A stretch of 64,000 bases of DNA, from positions 2,976,001 to 3,040,000 of the forward strand of contig CATQHZ020000001.1 of assembly GCA_958296135.2 (NCBI GenBank), given 5' to 3'. This DNA comes from an uncultured Poribacteria bacterium (GTDB lineage: Bacteria; Poribacteria; WGA-4E; WGA-3G). Positions 28,360 through 40,409 of the stretch are shown here, in pieces. The position numbers and the translations under genes were made by a program. Under the pieces are notes generated by a model, which was not told where the DNA came from, did not search any database, and worked only from the letters and a program-made list of their open reading frames with translations. Every line of letters starts with the position of its first letter. The first letter of the stretch is position 1.

Positions 28360-29199
28360 TTAAAAAGGCGCGTTTTGAGATTTCGATGCCTCAGTTTGCG
28401 GCGCGGCGGATGCCTCTTCCGTTGTCGGTTCCTCAGGCGTTGGCACCTCGCTCTGCTGGCTGGCCGTGGTTAGCTGCTTAATGCGGCCGCACAACTCATC
28501 CAGCAGCTTCGGTGAGGTTTCCGCGGCTTTGAGTTCCGCAGCAAGCTCTGTCCACTGCATCTCGGACATGTCGTTTCGGGATGCCACACTGTATCTGCGC
28601 TTGATGTAGTTCCACAGGTCTGCCTTGGAGATGCCTTTCTTTTCGAGAGGTGCGGCGAGCTGGTTTGCAATTGCGAAGGCGGCTTTCTGCGCGGTAGGGA
28701 TATTCCCGCCGCTTTGTCGCGCCTGCGGTTGCTGCGCGGCAGCACTCCCTTGCGTCTTCCGATGCAGGTAGAAGTTTAGCACCTCGCGTATCACCGGCAC
28801 CGGTATCAACTGTTTAATGGCGTTCCGCTGCGCCTTGTGAATCGCTTTGGTGAAGGCGAACGGGTCGGCGCGGCCCCCCATCATCTTCGCCTGTTCATAC
28901 GCGCCGTAGCGGGATGAACCCGTGATGGTATCTGTCGCTTTGGCGACAGCAATCCAGGAATGGTCGCGCTCTTCATACGTGACATCTTCGACCTGGATGC
29001 CGCCGCGCCGATTAGCAGCCTCGTTGATGCCCGCTAACGTCAAGCCTTCAACTGTGCGTCCACCCTGTTTGAAGGAGTAGACGTAATCCTGAATGGTTTG
29101 CCCTGTCATCAATTCAATAATCGCCTGGTCATCCACCTGATCGACGACTTCGTATTCGGCTGTGACGGGGACAACTTCGTTCTTTTTTTCTTCAGCCAT
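28360..29199 (-). CDS. Putative single-strand annealing protein (Rad52/Sak-like)
   Basis: GLTLAGINEAA, AVAKATDTITG, FAFTKAIHKAQRNAIKQLIP, Q/A-rich linker, acidic tail ending PF. Confidence 0.45.
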   Translation of the reverse strand: MAEEKKNEVVPVTAEYEVVDQVDDQAIIELMTGQTIQDYVYSFKQGGRTVEGLTLAGINEAANRRGGIQVEDVTYEERDHSWIAVAKATDTITGSSRYGAYEQAKMMGGRADPFAFTKAIHKAQRNAIKQLIPVPVIREVLNFYLHRKTQGSAAAQQPQARQSGGNIPTAQKAAFAIANQLAAPLEKKGISKADLWNYIKRRYSVASRNDMSEMQWTELAAELKAAETSPKLLDELCGRIKQLTTASQQSEVPTPEEPTTEEASAAPQTEASKSQNAPF

Positions 29200-29384
29200 G
29201 GTATCCTCCGAAAGTGAGTTATGTAACGTTAGTATACCCTATTTCGGCGATGGATGCCAAGAAAAAAGACCTGGGTTTTCATAACGAGTCCGTTTTCAAA
29301 TTAAGGACTTTTTGAGGGGATGCAATGTTCCTGGGCTGCAGCGCGAAAATATCCTATCGCCGAGACATCATCTGCATCGTCCCG

Positions 29385-30239
29385 CTATGCCGGCCGCGGG
29401 CTGCCCAACAAACGCAACAACCGCTCGCTGGCATTTTGGAGGGTATCCGCCGGCACCGGTACCCTATTGCAGAGGCTAAACCGCCAATATGCCCAGTAGG
29501 CGGCGTATTGCGATTGCAAAATATAGCGCGTCCTCCCTGAAACGTTCGGTGCGCCGCGGTGCCAACACTGCGGGTCCTGCAGGTAAATGTCTCCCGCCTT
29601 GCAGAAAACCGAGACAGGCGCGTTTCCTTCAAATTGAGGGTTCTCAGCATCGTTTGGATGCCTGCCGGAGTAGTGGCTCCCCGGGACATATTGCGTCGGG
29701 CCATGCTCAATTGAATCGATATCCGATAGTGCCATCTGCACGGTAAACCACATCACGGGCATCCGGAGCCTCGGGTCGTGGCGCGGCATCTCATCGGTAA
29801 CGGGGAAGTGGACGGAGCCGTCGACATGCCATCTATCAATCGAGAGCCCGGGCAAGTTCCGCAGCACATTTTGCCCGCAGAACTTACAATCTTCGCCGAC
29901 AATCGCCTCTGCGAGACTGAAGATCGGTTCTCGGAGGAGCATGTCTCGAAAGAGCGCGTCCAATTCGATAGTATTCCGCAAGATGAACGGCTGTTGCGCT
30001 CCTGATTCGGAATGTGTGCCCATCTGGATGTATCTCACATCGGCGAGATTTGGATTTGTTCTTTCGGCCAACTCTGGTTCTGCAAAAAGTTCATCGGTTT
30101 TCTCTCGGAGCGCGGTGACTTCTGCGTCTGTCAACACACCGGGAATATAGACGAACCCATCGCTGAAAAATTGTTCAGCGATTTGTGCCGTCTTCTCCGC
30201 GTTGAACGGTTCGCCTCGGAGGATTGGAGTGGTAGTCAT
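29385..30239 (-). CDS. Phytanoyl-CoA dioxygenase (PhyH) family protein
   Basis: FFSDGFVYIPGVL, WHVD, GPTQYVPGSH, AGD, WHRGAPN, R. Confidence 0.88.
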   Translation of the reverse strand: MTTTPILRGEPFNAEKTAQIAEQFFSDGFVYIPGVLTDAEVTALREKTDELFAEPELAERTNPNLADVRYIQMGTHSESGAQQPFILRNTIELDALFRDMLLREPIFSLAEAIVGEDCKFCGQNVLRNLPGLSIDRWHVDGSVHFPVTDEMPRHDPRLRMPVMWFTVQMALSDIDSIEHGPTQYVPGSHYSGRHPNDAENPQFEGNAPVSVFCKAGDIYLQDPQCWHRGAPNVSGRTRYILQSQYAAYWAYWRFSLCNRVPVPADTLQNASERLLRLLGSPRPA

Positions 30240-30340
30240 CGTGTTTGTGCCTCCTCTTGTCGTTGGAAGTTATTTTAGCGATTTTGGCATAATGTATCAA
30301 GAGGAAAATGCAGAATGACAGGAGCGCACAATGCATTTTC

Positions 30341-30369
30341 TTGACAATAAACGCGACTTGCGGTATCAT
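30341..30369 (+). promoter_or_regulatory. Sigma70-like promoter of nagA
   Basis: TTGACA-17bp-TATCAT. Confidence 0.55.
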
Positions 30370-30402
30370 AAACCTCAAATTCTGAACGCGGGACAAACGC
30401 CG

Positions 30403-31560
30403 ATGATACTCAGCGGATACAACGTTTTTGACAACACACCGCTAGAAATTGCTATTGACAAAGGGCGCGTGCGAGCTATTCGCGAAGCGGCAGCTGCCGA
30501 TAGCACGCTACTGATTGCGCCTTCCCTGATAGACACCCAGGTCAACGGCTTCATGGGGTTCGACCTGGGTGTTGCCGACGTTACGCCATCGGATGTCTGT
30601 GCGATAGTTCGCGCGCTGTGGCGTGTCGGGACCGGGTTTTTCTGTCCGACGGTGGTGACAGCCTCGTTTGAGCACATCGCGAACTCCCTGCGCGCGATTG
30701 TGGCGGCGTGCGCGAATGATTCGCAGGTTGCCCGTTCGGTTATCGGCATTCATGTTGAGGGCCCCTATATCTCATCGGAAGACGGCCCGCGTGGCGCGCA
30801 CCCGCGGAAACATGCCCGCGACCCGGATTGGGATGAGTTTCGGCGGTGGCAGGACATCGCCGAAGGCAAAATCAGATTGGTAACCCTCGCGCCGGAGCGA
30901 AAAGGGGCTATCCCGTTTATTGAAAAATTAGTTGAGAACGGTATCGTCGTTGCCTTGGGACACACGAATGCTTCCGAATCTGACATCCAGGCGGCGATTC
31001 AAGCAGGTGCGAAGTTATCCACTCATCTCGGCAACGGTGCGCATGCCGTTATCCGTCGGCACCCGAACTACATTTGGGAGCAGCTCGCCGCTGATGAACT
31101 TTGGGCAAGTCTCATCGTTGATGGCCATCATCTGCCGCCGGCGGTTGTCAAATCAATGATGCGCGCGAAGACGCTCGCGCGATGCTTGCTCATTAGCGAT
31201 GCCGTGGCGTTAGCCGGAATGACACCGGGGGTTTATCAATTCGCGGGGAGAAAGGTGGCGTTGACTGATGAAGCCAAAGTCTGCTTAGTCGGGACGGAGT
31301 ATCTCGCCGGTTCGGCGATTGAACTGATGCGCGGTGTCGAAAATAGCGTCTGCTTTGCCGGCATTTCGCTTGCGGAAGCATTTGCACTTGCTACGAGGCA
31401 GCCTGCGCGCCTCCTCGGTGTGGAAAAGCAAATCAGTTACCTTGCTCAGCCCGATTCGGCCAACCTAGTCTTCTTTCGGTGGAGTGTAGTAGACTGCAAA
31501 ATCAAGGTGCTAGCAACAATCTTCGATGGTAAATTGGTTTATGAGAACGCTGAACTGTGA
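30403..31560 (+). CDS. nagA: N-acetylglucosamine-6-phosphate deacetylase
   Basis: IDTQVNG, GIHVEGPY, VTLAPE, GHT, THLGNG, IVDGHH, ISDA, LAGS. Confidence 0.85.
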   Translation: MILSGYNVFDNTPLEIAIDKGRVRAIREAAAADSTLLIAPSLIDTQVNGFMGFDLGVADVTPSDVCAIVRALWRVGTGFFCPTVVTASFEHIANSLRAIVAACANDSQVARSVIGIHVEGPYISSEDGPRGAHPRKHARDPDWDEFRRWQDIAEGKIRLVTLAPERKGAIPFIEKLVENGIVVALGHTNASESDIQAAIQAGAKLSTHLGNGAHAVIRRHPNYIWEQLAADELWASLIVDGHHLPPAVVKSMMRAKTLARCLLISDAVALAGMTPGVYQFAGRKVALTDEAKVCLVGTEYLAGSAIELMRGVENSVCFAGISLAEAFALATRQPARLLGVEKQISYLAQPDSANLVFFRWSVVDCKIKVLATIFDGKLVYENAEL

Positions 31561-33184
31561 TAAGTATGAGACAACGCGGGCCGGACGCACTTTTCGCGCA
31601 ACCCCGGCAGGCTTGCTTTCTAAGCGAGCTCCGGACGGTGGGCACGCTTCCAAAGCGCGCTTACGGAGTCGGTTTTGCGTACCTTTACGACGAATGTGTT
31701 GGTGTACCTGCATATTCATTGTTGCCTATTGCGGTATCGCGGGAGCGCAGGTATCCGAACCCTTCGCTCGGGGGATGCGCGCCATGGAGCTCGGCCTTTA
31801 TGCCGAGGCGGTGACAGCGTTCCAAAACGTGTTGCAACTGAACCCGCAGCACGCCGAGGCCTACTGCGAGCTGGGCGCGGTGTATCGGCTTCAAGACAAA
31901 ACTAACGACGCGGCGGACGCGTATCGTCACGCCTTGACACTTCAGGCTTCGCCAGAGACGCGCGGGGTTGCGCATCTCTCTCTGGCGCGAATTTACCACT
32001 CGCAAGGCAAGTTTGCCGATGCAGAGAAGCACGCGCAAAACGCAGTCTTGCTTCTGCCGAAGGCAGCCGAACCTTTTTTACGATTAGGCGATATCTACGT
32101 CCAACGAGGCAAATTGACGGCGGCGCAGCGGGCGTATCAGAAGGCCATCGCGCGGGATGCCTCCCTCGCGGCGGGATACCACGGTGCTGGACGCGTCGCT
32201 TTCATGCGGAATCGGCTGGAGGAAGCTGTGCAATTCTATCAGCGAGCGATTGAGCTCGCGCCCTATCCCGCCGAGCCATACTACAACCTCGCTATCGCCT
32301 ATCGCAAACTCAAGAGAGGAGAGGCGGCGAAATCTCAGCTGGCTGCTTTCCGGCGGCTGAAAACGTATCAGGAACGCACGCATCGGTATCGGCGGATGCT
32401 GCAAGAACATCCGAACGCGCTGGAACCGCGCATGAAGTTGGCAGAGGCGCACCTCAAAGTCGGCAATCACGAAAAGGCGATTCATACCTACCAAATCGCG
32501 GCGGCGTTGCATCCCGAATCCCTTCCGCTTTACCACAACTTGGGCGGGCTCTACATACAAAGCGGGCAGTTTGCATCGGCGATTTCGGCGTTTCAACGCG
32601 TTATTCAGTTGGATAACGGCGATGCTGAGGCGTATCTCCACCTCGGCTGGCTTCACGCACGCCAACGTCAATTTGCGGACGCTGTCTCCTATTTGCAAAC
32701 CGCTATCGAGAAGAATAACGCTTTAACCGCCGCTTACTATGGACTCGCCGAGGTATATGTTCAGCAAGGTAAGCACACCGATGCCATTGAGATATATCGC
32801 GAATTAACGAGGCTCCATCCGGCCGACGCGCAGGCGTGGGTGCGGCTCGGCGTGTTGCATATTAAAATGGAAAAATTTCAGGAAGCTGTCGCTGCCTTTG
32901 AACGAGCCATCGCGGTAGATGAGAATTCGGCGGATGCCTATAATAACCTCGCGTGGCTTTATGCAACGCGCGGCGAGGAACTGACGCGCGCTGGCGCATT
33001 GGCGGAACGCGCTGTCGCATTGGCGGAAAACGCTGCGCGTTTGGACACCCTCGCTTATGTCTATTATCGGCAGGGCGCATACGCGGCAGCGGAGCAAGCC
33101 ATCTTACGCGCCATCGCTTTAGCCCCGAATAACAGTGCCTACTCGGCGCGCTTGAAAGAAATCCGGGAGGCAAAAAAGCAGTGA
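31526..33184 (+). CDS. TPR repeat protein (true start probably downstream, e.g. 31694)
   Basis: More than 10 TPRs; C-terminal YNNLAWLYA...LDTLAYVYY. Confidence 0.85.
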   Translation: MVNWFMRTLNCDKYETTRAGRTFRATPAGLLSKRAPDGGHASKARLRSRFCVPLRRMCWCTCIFIVAYCGIAGAQVSEPFARGMRAMELGLYAEAVTAFQNVLQLNPQHAEAYCELGAVYRLQDKTNDAADAYRHALTLQASPETRGVAHLSLARIYHSQGKFADAEKHAQNAVLLLPKAAEPFLRLGDIYVQRGKLTAAQRAYQKAIARDASLAAGYHGAGRVAFMRNRLEEAVQFYQRAIELAPYPAEPYYNLAIAYRKLKRGEAAKSQLAAFRRLKTYQERTHRYRRMLQEHPNALEPRMKLAEAHLKVGNHEKAIHTYQIAAALHPESLPLYHNLGGLYIQSGQFASAISAFQRVIQLDNGDAEAYLHLGWLHARQRQFADAVSYLQTAIEKNNALTAAYYGLAEVYVQQGKHTDAIEIYRELTRLHPADAQAWVRLGVLHIKMEKFQEAVAAFERAIAVDENSADAYNNLAWLYATRGEELTRAGALAERAVALAENAARLDTLAYVYYRQGAYAAAEQAILRAIALAPNNSAYSARLKEIREAKKQ

Positions 33185-34899
33185 TAGGCTATCGGCACCT
33201 AACAAACCCCGTAGGCGCGTTTTGGGGCCCGCGTGCTTACAAAGCGCGCCTACCGGGAACTCTCTTTATCTGCATCGCGATGCTCCTAAACCCCTTCAGC
33301 GTGACAGGAAGCCCTGTCACATTCGTTGAAGTTGCTGAGGTATCAGGCATTCATTTCCAACACACCGATGGCAAGAGCGGCAGACGGCTTTTTAACGAGC
33401 AATACGGCTCGGGCGGCGGTTTTTTTGATTACGATAACGATGGCTTTCTTGACATCTATCTTATCAATGCGCGCCCACAAATAACAGAAACAAACGGTGA
33501 AATGCCAACGAACATTCTCTATCACAACAACGGCGATGGCACATTTACCGATGTCACCCGTTCGGCCGGCGTAGGCGACACCGGCTACGGCGTGGGCGCG
33601 ACTACCGGCGATTACGATAACGATGGGGACGTAGATATCTACGTGACAAATTTCGGAACGAACGTTCTTTACCGTAACAACGGCGATGCCACCTTCACCG
33701 ATGTCGCGCAGACTGCGAACGTCGCCGATATGAAGTGGGGCACCAGCTGCGCATTCGCTGATCTGGACAGTGACGGGTTTCTTGAACTTTACATCACCAA
33801 CTATGCCGATTATTCTCCTGTCACAGATAAACCGTGCAACCGGCACGGCATCTCAGTTTACTGCGGCCCTCACACTTATCCGCCGCAATCCGATAGTCTT
33901 TACTATAACAACGGCGACGGCACTTTCATCGAACAAAGCGGCTTCTCAAACGTTCCGGCAGCACATGGACTTGGAGTCGCCATCGGAGATATTGACAACG
34001 ACGGTGATGCCGACATCTACGTCGCGAATGACCAGGGTTTCAACTACCTCTTCCAAAACCGAGGCGATGGCACTTTCGAGGAGATAGGCCTGCTTGCCGG
34101 CGTCAGTTGCAGCGACATGGGAAAAGAGGAGGCAGGGATGGGTGTCGCTTTCGCCGATTACGATAACGATGGCCGACTTGACGCAACGGTGAGTAACTTC
34201 CAGAATGAAACCAACACGCTCTATCACAACGAAGGCGACAATTTTTTCATGGATACCACGATTCCTGCAGGCATCGCAGAGCATACGCATCGCTACCTCG
34301 GATGGGGCATCGGTTTTTTCGATTACGACAACGACGGTTACAAAGATATTTTTGTCGCGAACGGGCATACGATGGATAACATCGCCGAAGTAGACAGGGC
34401 TACGACTACGCCGCAGCGGAATCTGCTCTTCCGGAATTTGGGCAATGGACAGTTTGCGGATGTCACGGCTCAGCTGGGCCCAGGATTCGCGCTACGGAAG
34501 GTGAGCCGTGCCGCCGCTTTCGCCGATTACGATAGCGATGGCGACATCGATATCCTCGTAACGAACTGGAATCAGCCCGCGGATCTGCTCAGAAACGATG
34601 GCGGCAACCGGAACAATTGGATACAGATACAAGCTGTCGGCACGCAAAGTAACCGTTCGGCGATCGGCGCGCGCATCAAGGTAGTCGCAGGCGAACTGAC
34701 GCAATACGCGGAGGTGCAGAGCTCCGGGAGTTATCTCGCTTTCAGTGATTTGCGCGTCCATTTTGGTTTAAAAGATGCCGAGGCTGTGGCACTGATAGAA
34801 ATCCGTTGGCCGAGTGGGACAACGGATACTGCCACGCAGCTCCGGGCGAATCAACGCTATATCGCCGTTGAAGGTGCTGAGATTGTGCCGTTTCGGTAG
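33181..34899 (+). CDS. CRTAC1-family FG-GAP/ASPIC-UnbV protein
   Basis: Repeated DYDNDG motifs; NRSAIGARI, SYLAFSDLRVHFGL, IRWPSG. Confidence 0.9.
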   Translation: MIGYRHLTNPVGAFWGPRAYKARLPGTLFICIAMLLNPFSVTGSPVTFVEVAEVSGIHFQHTDGKSGRRLFNEQYGSGGGFFDYDNDGFLDIYLINARPQITETNGEMPTNILYHNNGDGTFTDVTRSAGVGDTGYGVGATTGDYDNDGDVDIYVTNFGTNVLYRNNGDATFTDVAQTANVADMKWGTSCAFADLDSDGFLELYITNYADYSPVTDKPCNRHGISVYCGPHTYPPQSDSLYYNNGDGTFIEQSGFSNVPAAHGLGVAIGDIDNDGDADIYVANDQGFNYLFQNRGDGTFEEIGLLAGVSCSDMGKEEAGMGVAFADYDNDGRLDATVSNFQNETNTLYHNEGDNFFMDTTIPAGIAEHTHRYLGWGIGFFDYDNDGYKDIFVANGHTMDNIAEVDRATTTPQRNLLFRNLGNGQFADVTAQLGPGFALRKVSRAAAFADYDSDGDIDILVTNWNQPADLLRNDGGNRNNWIQIQAVGTQSNRSAIGARIKVVAGELTQYAEVQSSGSYLAFSDLRVHFGLKDAEAVALIEIRWPSGTTDTATQLRANQRYIAVEGAEIVPFR

Positions 34900-34975
34900 G
34901 AGAGGGCGGCTCCCGGTTTCGCCGCGCAAAAATACAAGAGGCATCCGGCATGCCTCTGGAAAAATACGTTTAAAG

Positions 34976-35004
34976 TTGACTTTAATCACTACACGTGGTA
35001 TAAT
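34976..35004 (+). promoter_or_regulatory. Sigma70-like promoter of groL
   Basis: TTGACT-17bp-TGgTATAAT. Confidence 0.65.
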
Positions 35005-35036
35005 TAAACATATTCTACACTATTTCAAACCCATAG

Positions 35037-36683
<1,647 letters not shown>

Positions 36684-36765
36684 ACGAACAAACCGGGTAG
36701 GCGCGCTTGCAACGCGCGCCTACGGCCCGAGAAACCGCAGGGGGGATGCAGCCGCTGAGCTGCCC

Positions 36766-37221
36766 TTACGACGCATTCGGCTGGAACCGCGGTTCCAACC
36801 CGCTATCCCAATCACAATCGAGACAGAACATCTCCGCCGGTCCCAAATATTGGATGCTCTTGCTGCCACACGCTGGGCATGTCGTTATCGGCTTCTCCCG
36901 CTCGCGATTCTCGCCCCGGATGTCAATCTGGAAGATTCTCAGCTGCCCCGGGTAGCGATGCCCCATCGGGCAGCGGATCAGGTGCAGAGCATCGTTCTCA
37001 AAGCGCGCGATTGTCTCCCGTAGGAACGTCAACCGGCCGTGACAGACTGGGCACGGGTTAGGAGTCAATTCCTTCACGATAAGCACGTCCGTGTTGTCCT
37101 CGCGAATGGTGACGTTCAAGGCGAGGTGCTGCGCCGGCCGGGGTTGCGGCGTGTTTTTGGAGAGTTCCGTGGCGATGTCCGCGTAACTTTCGGGGCTCAG
37201 CACCACCTCTGTCGGAATCAT
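36766..37221 (-). CDS. Hypothetical double Zn-ribbon protein
   Basis: CPVC...CPMGH, CPAC...CLDC. Confidence 0.6.
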   Translation of the reverse strand: MIPTEVVLSPESYADIATELSKNTPQPRPAQHLALNVTIREDNTDVLIVKELTPNPCPVCHGRLTFLRETIARFENDALHLIRCPMGHRYPGQLRIFQIDIRGENREREKPITTCPACGSKSIQYLGPAEMFCLDCDWDSGLEPRFQPNAS

Positions 37222-37364
37222 CGTTCCGCCTTTCAAACTAGAGAGAAGCCGATAGATGCGTTCTAATATCACATGTAGACTCCATAGGATAGACGCAGCC
37301 CCAACTCCGTGGGCGCGGTTTGCAACCGCGCCTACCTGGGGCCCCAACGAAACTTGTGCAGTAC

Positions 37365-37739
37365 CTAAATTGTTCTCTCAGTGGGCGGGTCTGGGATAAG
37401 TGGCCGTTCGGCAGAGCGGGCTAACGGAGATGTCCCCCGTTGGGCGCGATACGCTTCCGCTGGCTGATTGCGCAGCAGCATCAAGTCATCGCCATCCCGT
37501 TCAATGACATCGTTCGGCATTAACGTCGTCTCAAATTTCCGCATGCTTGTGCTGAAATTGATAGTCACGCGTGCCTGCGCGTTCATTTGGATGCGCCAGC
37601 CGGTATCCGTTTTGACGCGGGTAAATCCTTTCCCAATATCAATAGACTGCACCTGGGCTGCGTTGATGATAACCCCACTCTCCGCCTGCATCGGATGCGC
37701 TGTTTCAGTGGCAATGTCGGTTCCGTTTTCTTCAGCCAT
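37365..37739 (-). CDS. Hypothetical protein
   Basis: ORF with SD GGAG; no recognised motif. Confidence 0.55.
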   Translation of the reverse strand: MAEENGTDIATETAHPMQAESGVIINAAQVQSIDIGKGFTRVKTDTGWRIQMNAQARVTINFSTSMRKFETTLMPNDVIERDGDDLMLLRNQPAEAYRAQRGTSPLARSAERPLIPDPPTERTI

Positions 37740-37967
37740 GTCGTGCTCCATGTTTTTGAAGTTTGTCACATTCTACCACACGGGTTTAACAATTGTCAAC
37801 GAAAAAACGGAACGCTTCAGTTCTCTCCTCTGTAGTTCGGGCTCGCCCAACTGCGCAGGAAACCTGAACAGTGGACATTTCTGCAAAAAGATGGACGATA
37901 AGGAAGCCCCGAGCGTCTTAACAGACGTGTCCTTGCAGAGATGACGGTTTCCTGAACGTAAATCGCC

Positions 37968-37997
37968 TTGACATTAATAGTGCAATCAGGTTATAAT
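37968..37997 (+). promoter_or_regulatory. Sigma70-like promoter
   Basis: TTGACA-18bp-TATAAT. Confidence 0.6.
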
Positions 37998-38024
37998 GTT
38001 TTGTGAAAGGAATCATAAACAAAT

Positions 38025-40409
38025 ATGCGATTCACCTATTTTTGGCCCGGATGGGCAGTTGCACTCGGAATTGTTATCGCGATTGGCGTGACAACGCTTG
38101 TGTATCAGCGGGTAGCCCGCCCGTTGCGTACGTGGCACACATTTTTATTAATTGCACTGCGGGTATGCGCTCTGGCGATTCTGCTCGGCTGCTTGTTAGC
38201 CCCAGTCATCATCGAAAAACGGGACATCACGCCGCCGACGCATCTCTCCGTTTTAGTGGATACCTCGCAAAGCATGCGGCTGACAGATTCAGGCACTGTG
38301 TCGCGGCTCAATCAAGTCAATCAACTTTTGTTTGGGAGCGGCGATGAGGACGGGAGCCCCTTCCTCCAAGCGTTAACAGCGAAGTTTGAGGTGCATGTCT
38401 ACCCGTTTGACACAAGGCTTCATCAAGGGGTGATGACAGAAGATAGCGAAGAGGGGCAACCAATACAGTGGCTTAAACCGGCGGGCGCGCTTACGGACAT
38501 CGGGGCGGCTCTGCAGCAAGCGGATGCGGCGTGGAAGGGGCAACAGCGCGCCGGCATCGTGCTTCTCACTGATGGCGCGCAGAACGCAGGCGAGTTTCCT
38601 ATGGCGGCACTCGTCGCGTTGCAAATGCCTGTCTACGCAATCGGCGTGGGTGCCATTGAGCCGCCAAAGGATATTCAGATTCAGTGGGTTGATGTCGCAC
38701 CGGTGGCTTACACGGGACATGAACATCTCATCCGCGTCACGATTGCGCAAACGGGGTATACCGGCCAAACGACGCGGCTCGCTTTGCGGGAGCGGAATAG
38801 CCAACGTCTCGTCGCTTCAACAACGGTGACGCTTGCAGAAAGTTCACAACAGATTGAATTCAGCCTGACACCAGAGAGGGAGGGACATTTTCAATATACC
38901 CTCACGCTGCCGACGCTTGATGGCGAGTTGACAGCAGAAAACAATGAGAAAACCTTCGCGCTCAAGGTAGTCAAAGCAAAACTCAGTGTCTTTTACCTAG
39001 AAGGGGTGCCGCGGTGGGAGTATACGTTCCTGAAACGTGCGTTGGAGCGCGACCCGGATATTGAATTCACTTCGGCCCTCTTATCCAAACGGCCTGCCCC
39101 CGAATCGGTGCTCAATCGCTCTGATGGCTACTATCCACAAGTCTTGGGCGATGCTGCACGGCGAGGCACAGGCTCTCGCCCGACGATGCAAGAGGCGAGC
39201 ATCCAGCGATTTCCTGAAACGCGCGAGGCACTCTCTCAATACGATGCACTGATTTTCGGCGACGTGACAGCGGAACATCTCACCGATGCACAACAGCAAC
39301 TCATCGTTGATTTCGTGGAGACAGAAGGCCACGCCGTTATCTTTCTGCCTTCCCGGAACGCGCTCGGCAGGAATGGACTCGGCGCAACCGAACTCACGCG
39401 ACTTTTGCCCATCTCAATCCCTGCCACGGGATGTGCGATGTCGGAGGCGGAGTTTACCGTGCAGTTGACGCAGGCCGGGGCGTTTCATCCGATATTGCAG
39501 CTTGCTGGTGACTCCCGGCGCGGCGAGAACCGGGCCCTCGTCCGACGGGGTAACCTAGCACCGAACCGGAACGCCGTGTTCTGGCGAAATTTGCCGGCAC
39601 TTTCTCGGCTCTTCCGCGGTTTTCAACTGAGAGGCGGCGCGACGGTGTTTTTAGAGACAGGAAAAAGCGAACCCGTAATGATTTTTCAGCGGGCGGGCCT
39701 CGGGAAAAGCCTGCTCTTCGCCGCGGAGGGTTTATGGCAGTGGGATTTCGGCGTTTCAGACTTCAAAGATGAACGGTATCTCACCCTCTATCCGCAGTTT
39801 TGGGCCCAAGCCCTCCGATGGCTGGGCACCACGAACACCGATGAAAACCGGTTATACTTGACAACGGATGCATCGACGTATGCGACAGGTGAGACGGTTC
39901 AGGTGACTGCGCAGGTGTATTCCGAAACGTATCAGCCTCAAACGGGGGCTACGGTTCACATTGAGGTTACGCCCCCGGAAGGCGCGCCTTTCCAACTTCG
40001 GACGACAACGATTTCTGGCGGGGTGAACGGACGCGAGGGACTACGGGCCGGACAAGAAAACCGATACACGGCGCAATTTGAGGCGCGAGAGAGGGGGACT
40101 TACCACATCCGCGCCACAAGCGGGGCCGGCAACACAGATAAAACCGAAATTTACGTTCAGCCGCAACTTGCCGAATTGGAGACACCGCAGTTGAACGAAG
40201 CGTTGCTCAAGCAGCTCGCATCGCAAACCGGGGGTGCCTATTTTGCCATTTCGGAGGCAGCGCAACTGCCTGAAAACATCGCGTTCGTTCAAGACCCGGT
40301 TTTTGTAGACACCGAGCGCGACATCTGGGCACATCCGCTGATTTTCATCGCCGTAGTCGGGTTGCTCGGCACAGAATGGGTGTTCCGCAAACGGATCGGA
40401 TTGACTTAA
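38025..40409 (+). CDS. Membrane protein with VWA-like and glutamine-amidotransferase-like domains
   Basis: LVDTSQSM (MIDAS-like), TDIG, LLTDGAQN, PRWEYTFLKRALERD, C-terminal EWVFRKRIGL. Confidence 0.75.
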   Translation: MRFTYFWPGWAVALGIVIAIGVTTLVYQRVARPLRTWHTFLLIALRVCALAILLGCLLAPVIIEKRDITPPTHLSVLVDTSQSMRLTDSGTVSRLNQVNQLLFGSGDEDGSPFLQALTAKFEVHVYPFDTRLHQGVMTEDSEEGQPIQWLKPAGALTDIGAALQQADAAWKGQQRAGIVLLTDGAQNAGEFPMAALVALQMPVYAIGVGAIEPPKDIQIQWVDVAPVAYTGHEHLIRVTIAQTGYTGQTTRLALRERNSQRLVASTTVTLAESSQQIEFSLTPEREGHFQYTLTLPTLDGELTAENNEKTFALKVVKAKLSVFYLEGVPRWEYTFLKRALERDPDIEFTSALLSKRPAPESVLNRSDGYYPQVLGDAARRGTGSRPTMQEASIQRFPETREALSQYDALIFGDVTAEHLTDAQQQLIVDFVETEGHAVIFLPSRNALGRNGLGATELTRLLPISIPATGCAMSEAEFTVQLTQAGAFHPILQLAGDSRRGENRALVRRGNLAPNRNAVFWRNLPALSRLFRGFQLRGGATVFLETGKSEPVMIFQRAGLGKSLLFAAEGLWQWDFGVSDFKDERYLTLYPQFWAQALRWLGTTNTDENRLYLTTDASTYATGETVQVTAQVYSETYQPQTGATVHIEVTPPEGAPFQLRTTTISGGVNGREGLRAGQENRYTAQFEARERGTYHIRATSGAGNTDKTEIYVQPQLAELETPQLNEALLKQLASQTGGAYFAISEAAQLPENIAFVQDPVFVDTERDIWAHPLIFIAVVGLLGTEWVFRKRIGLT

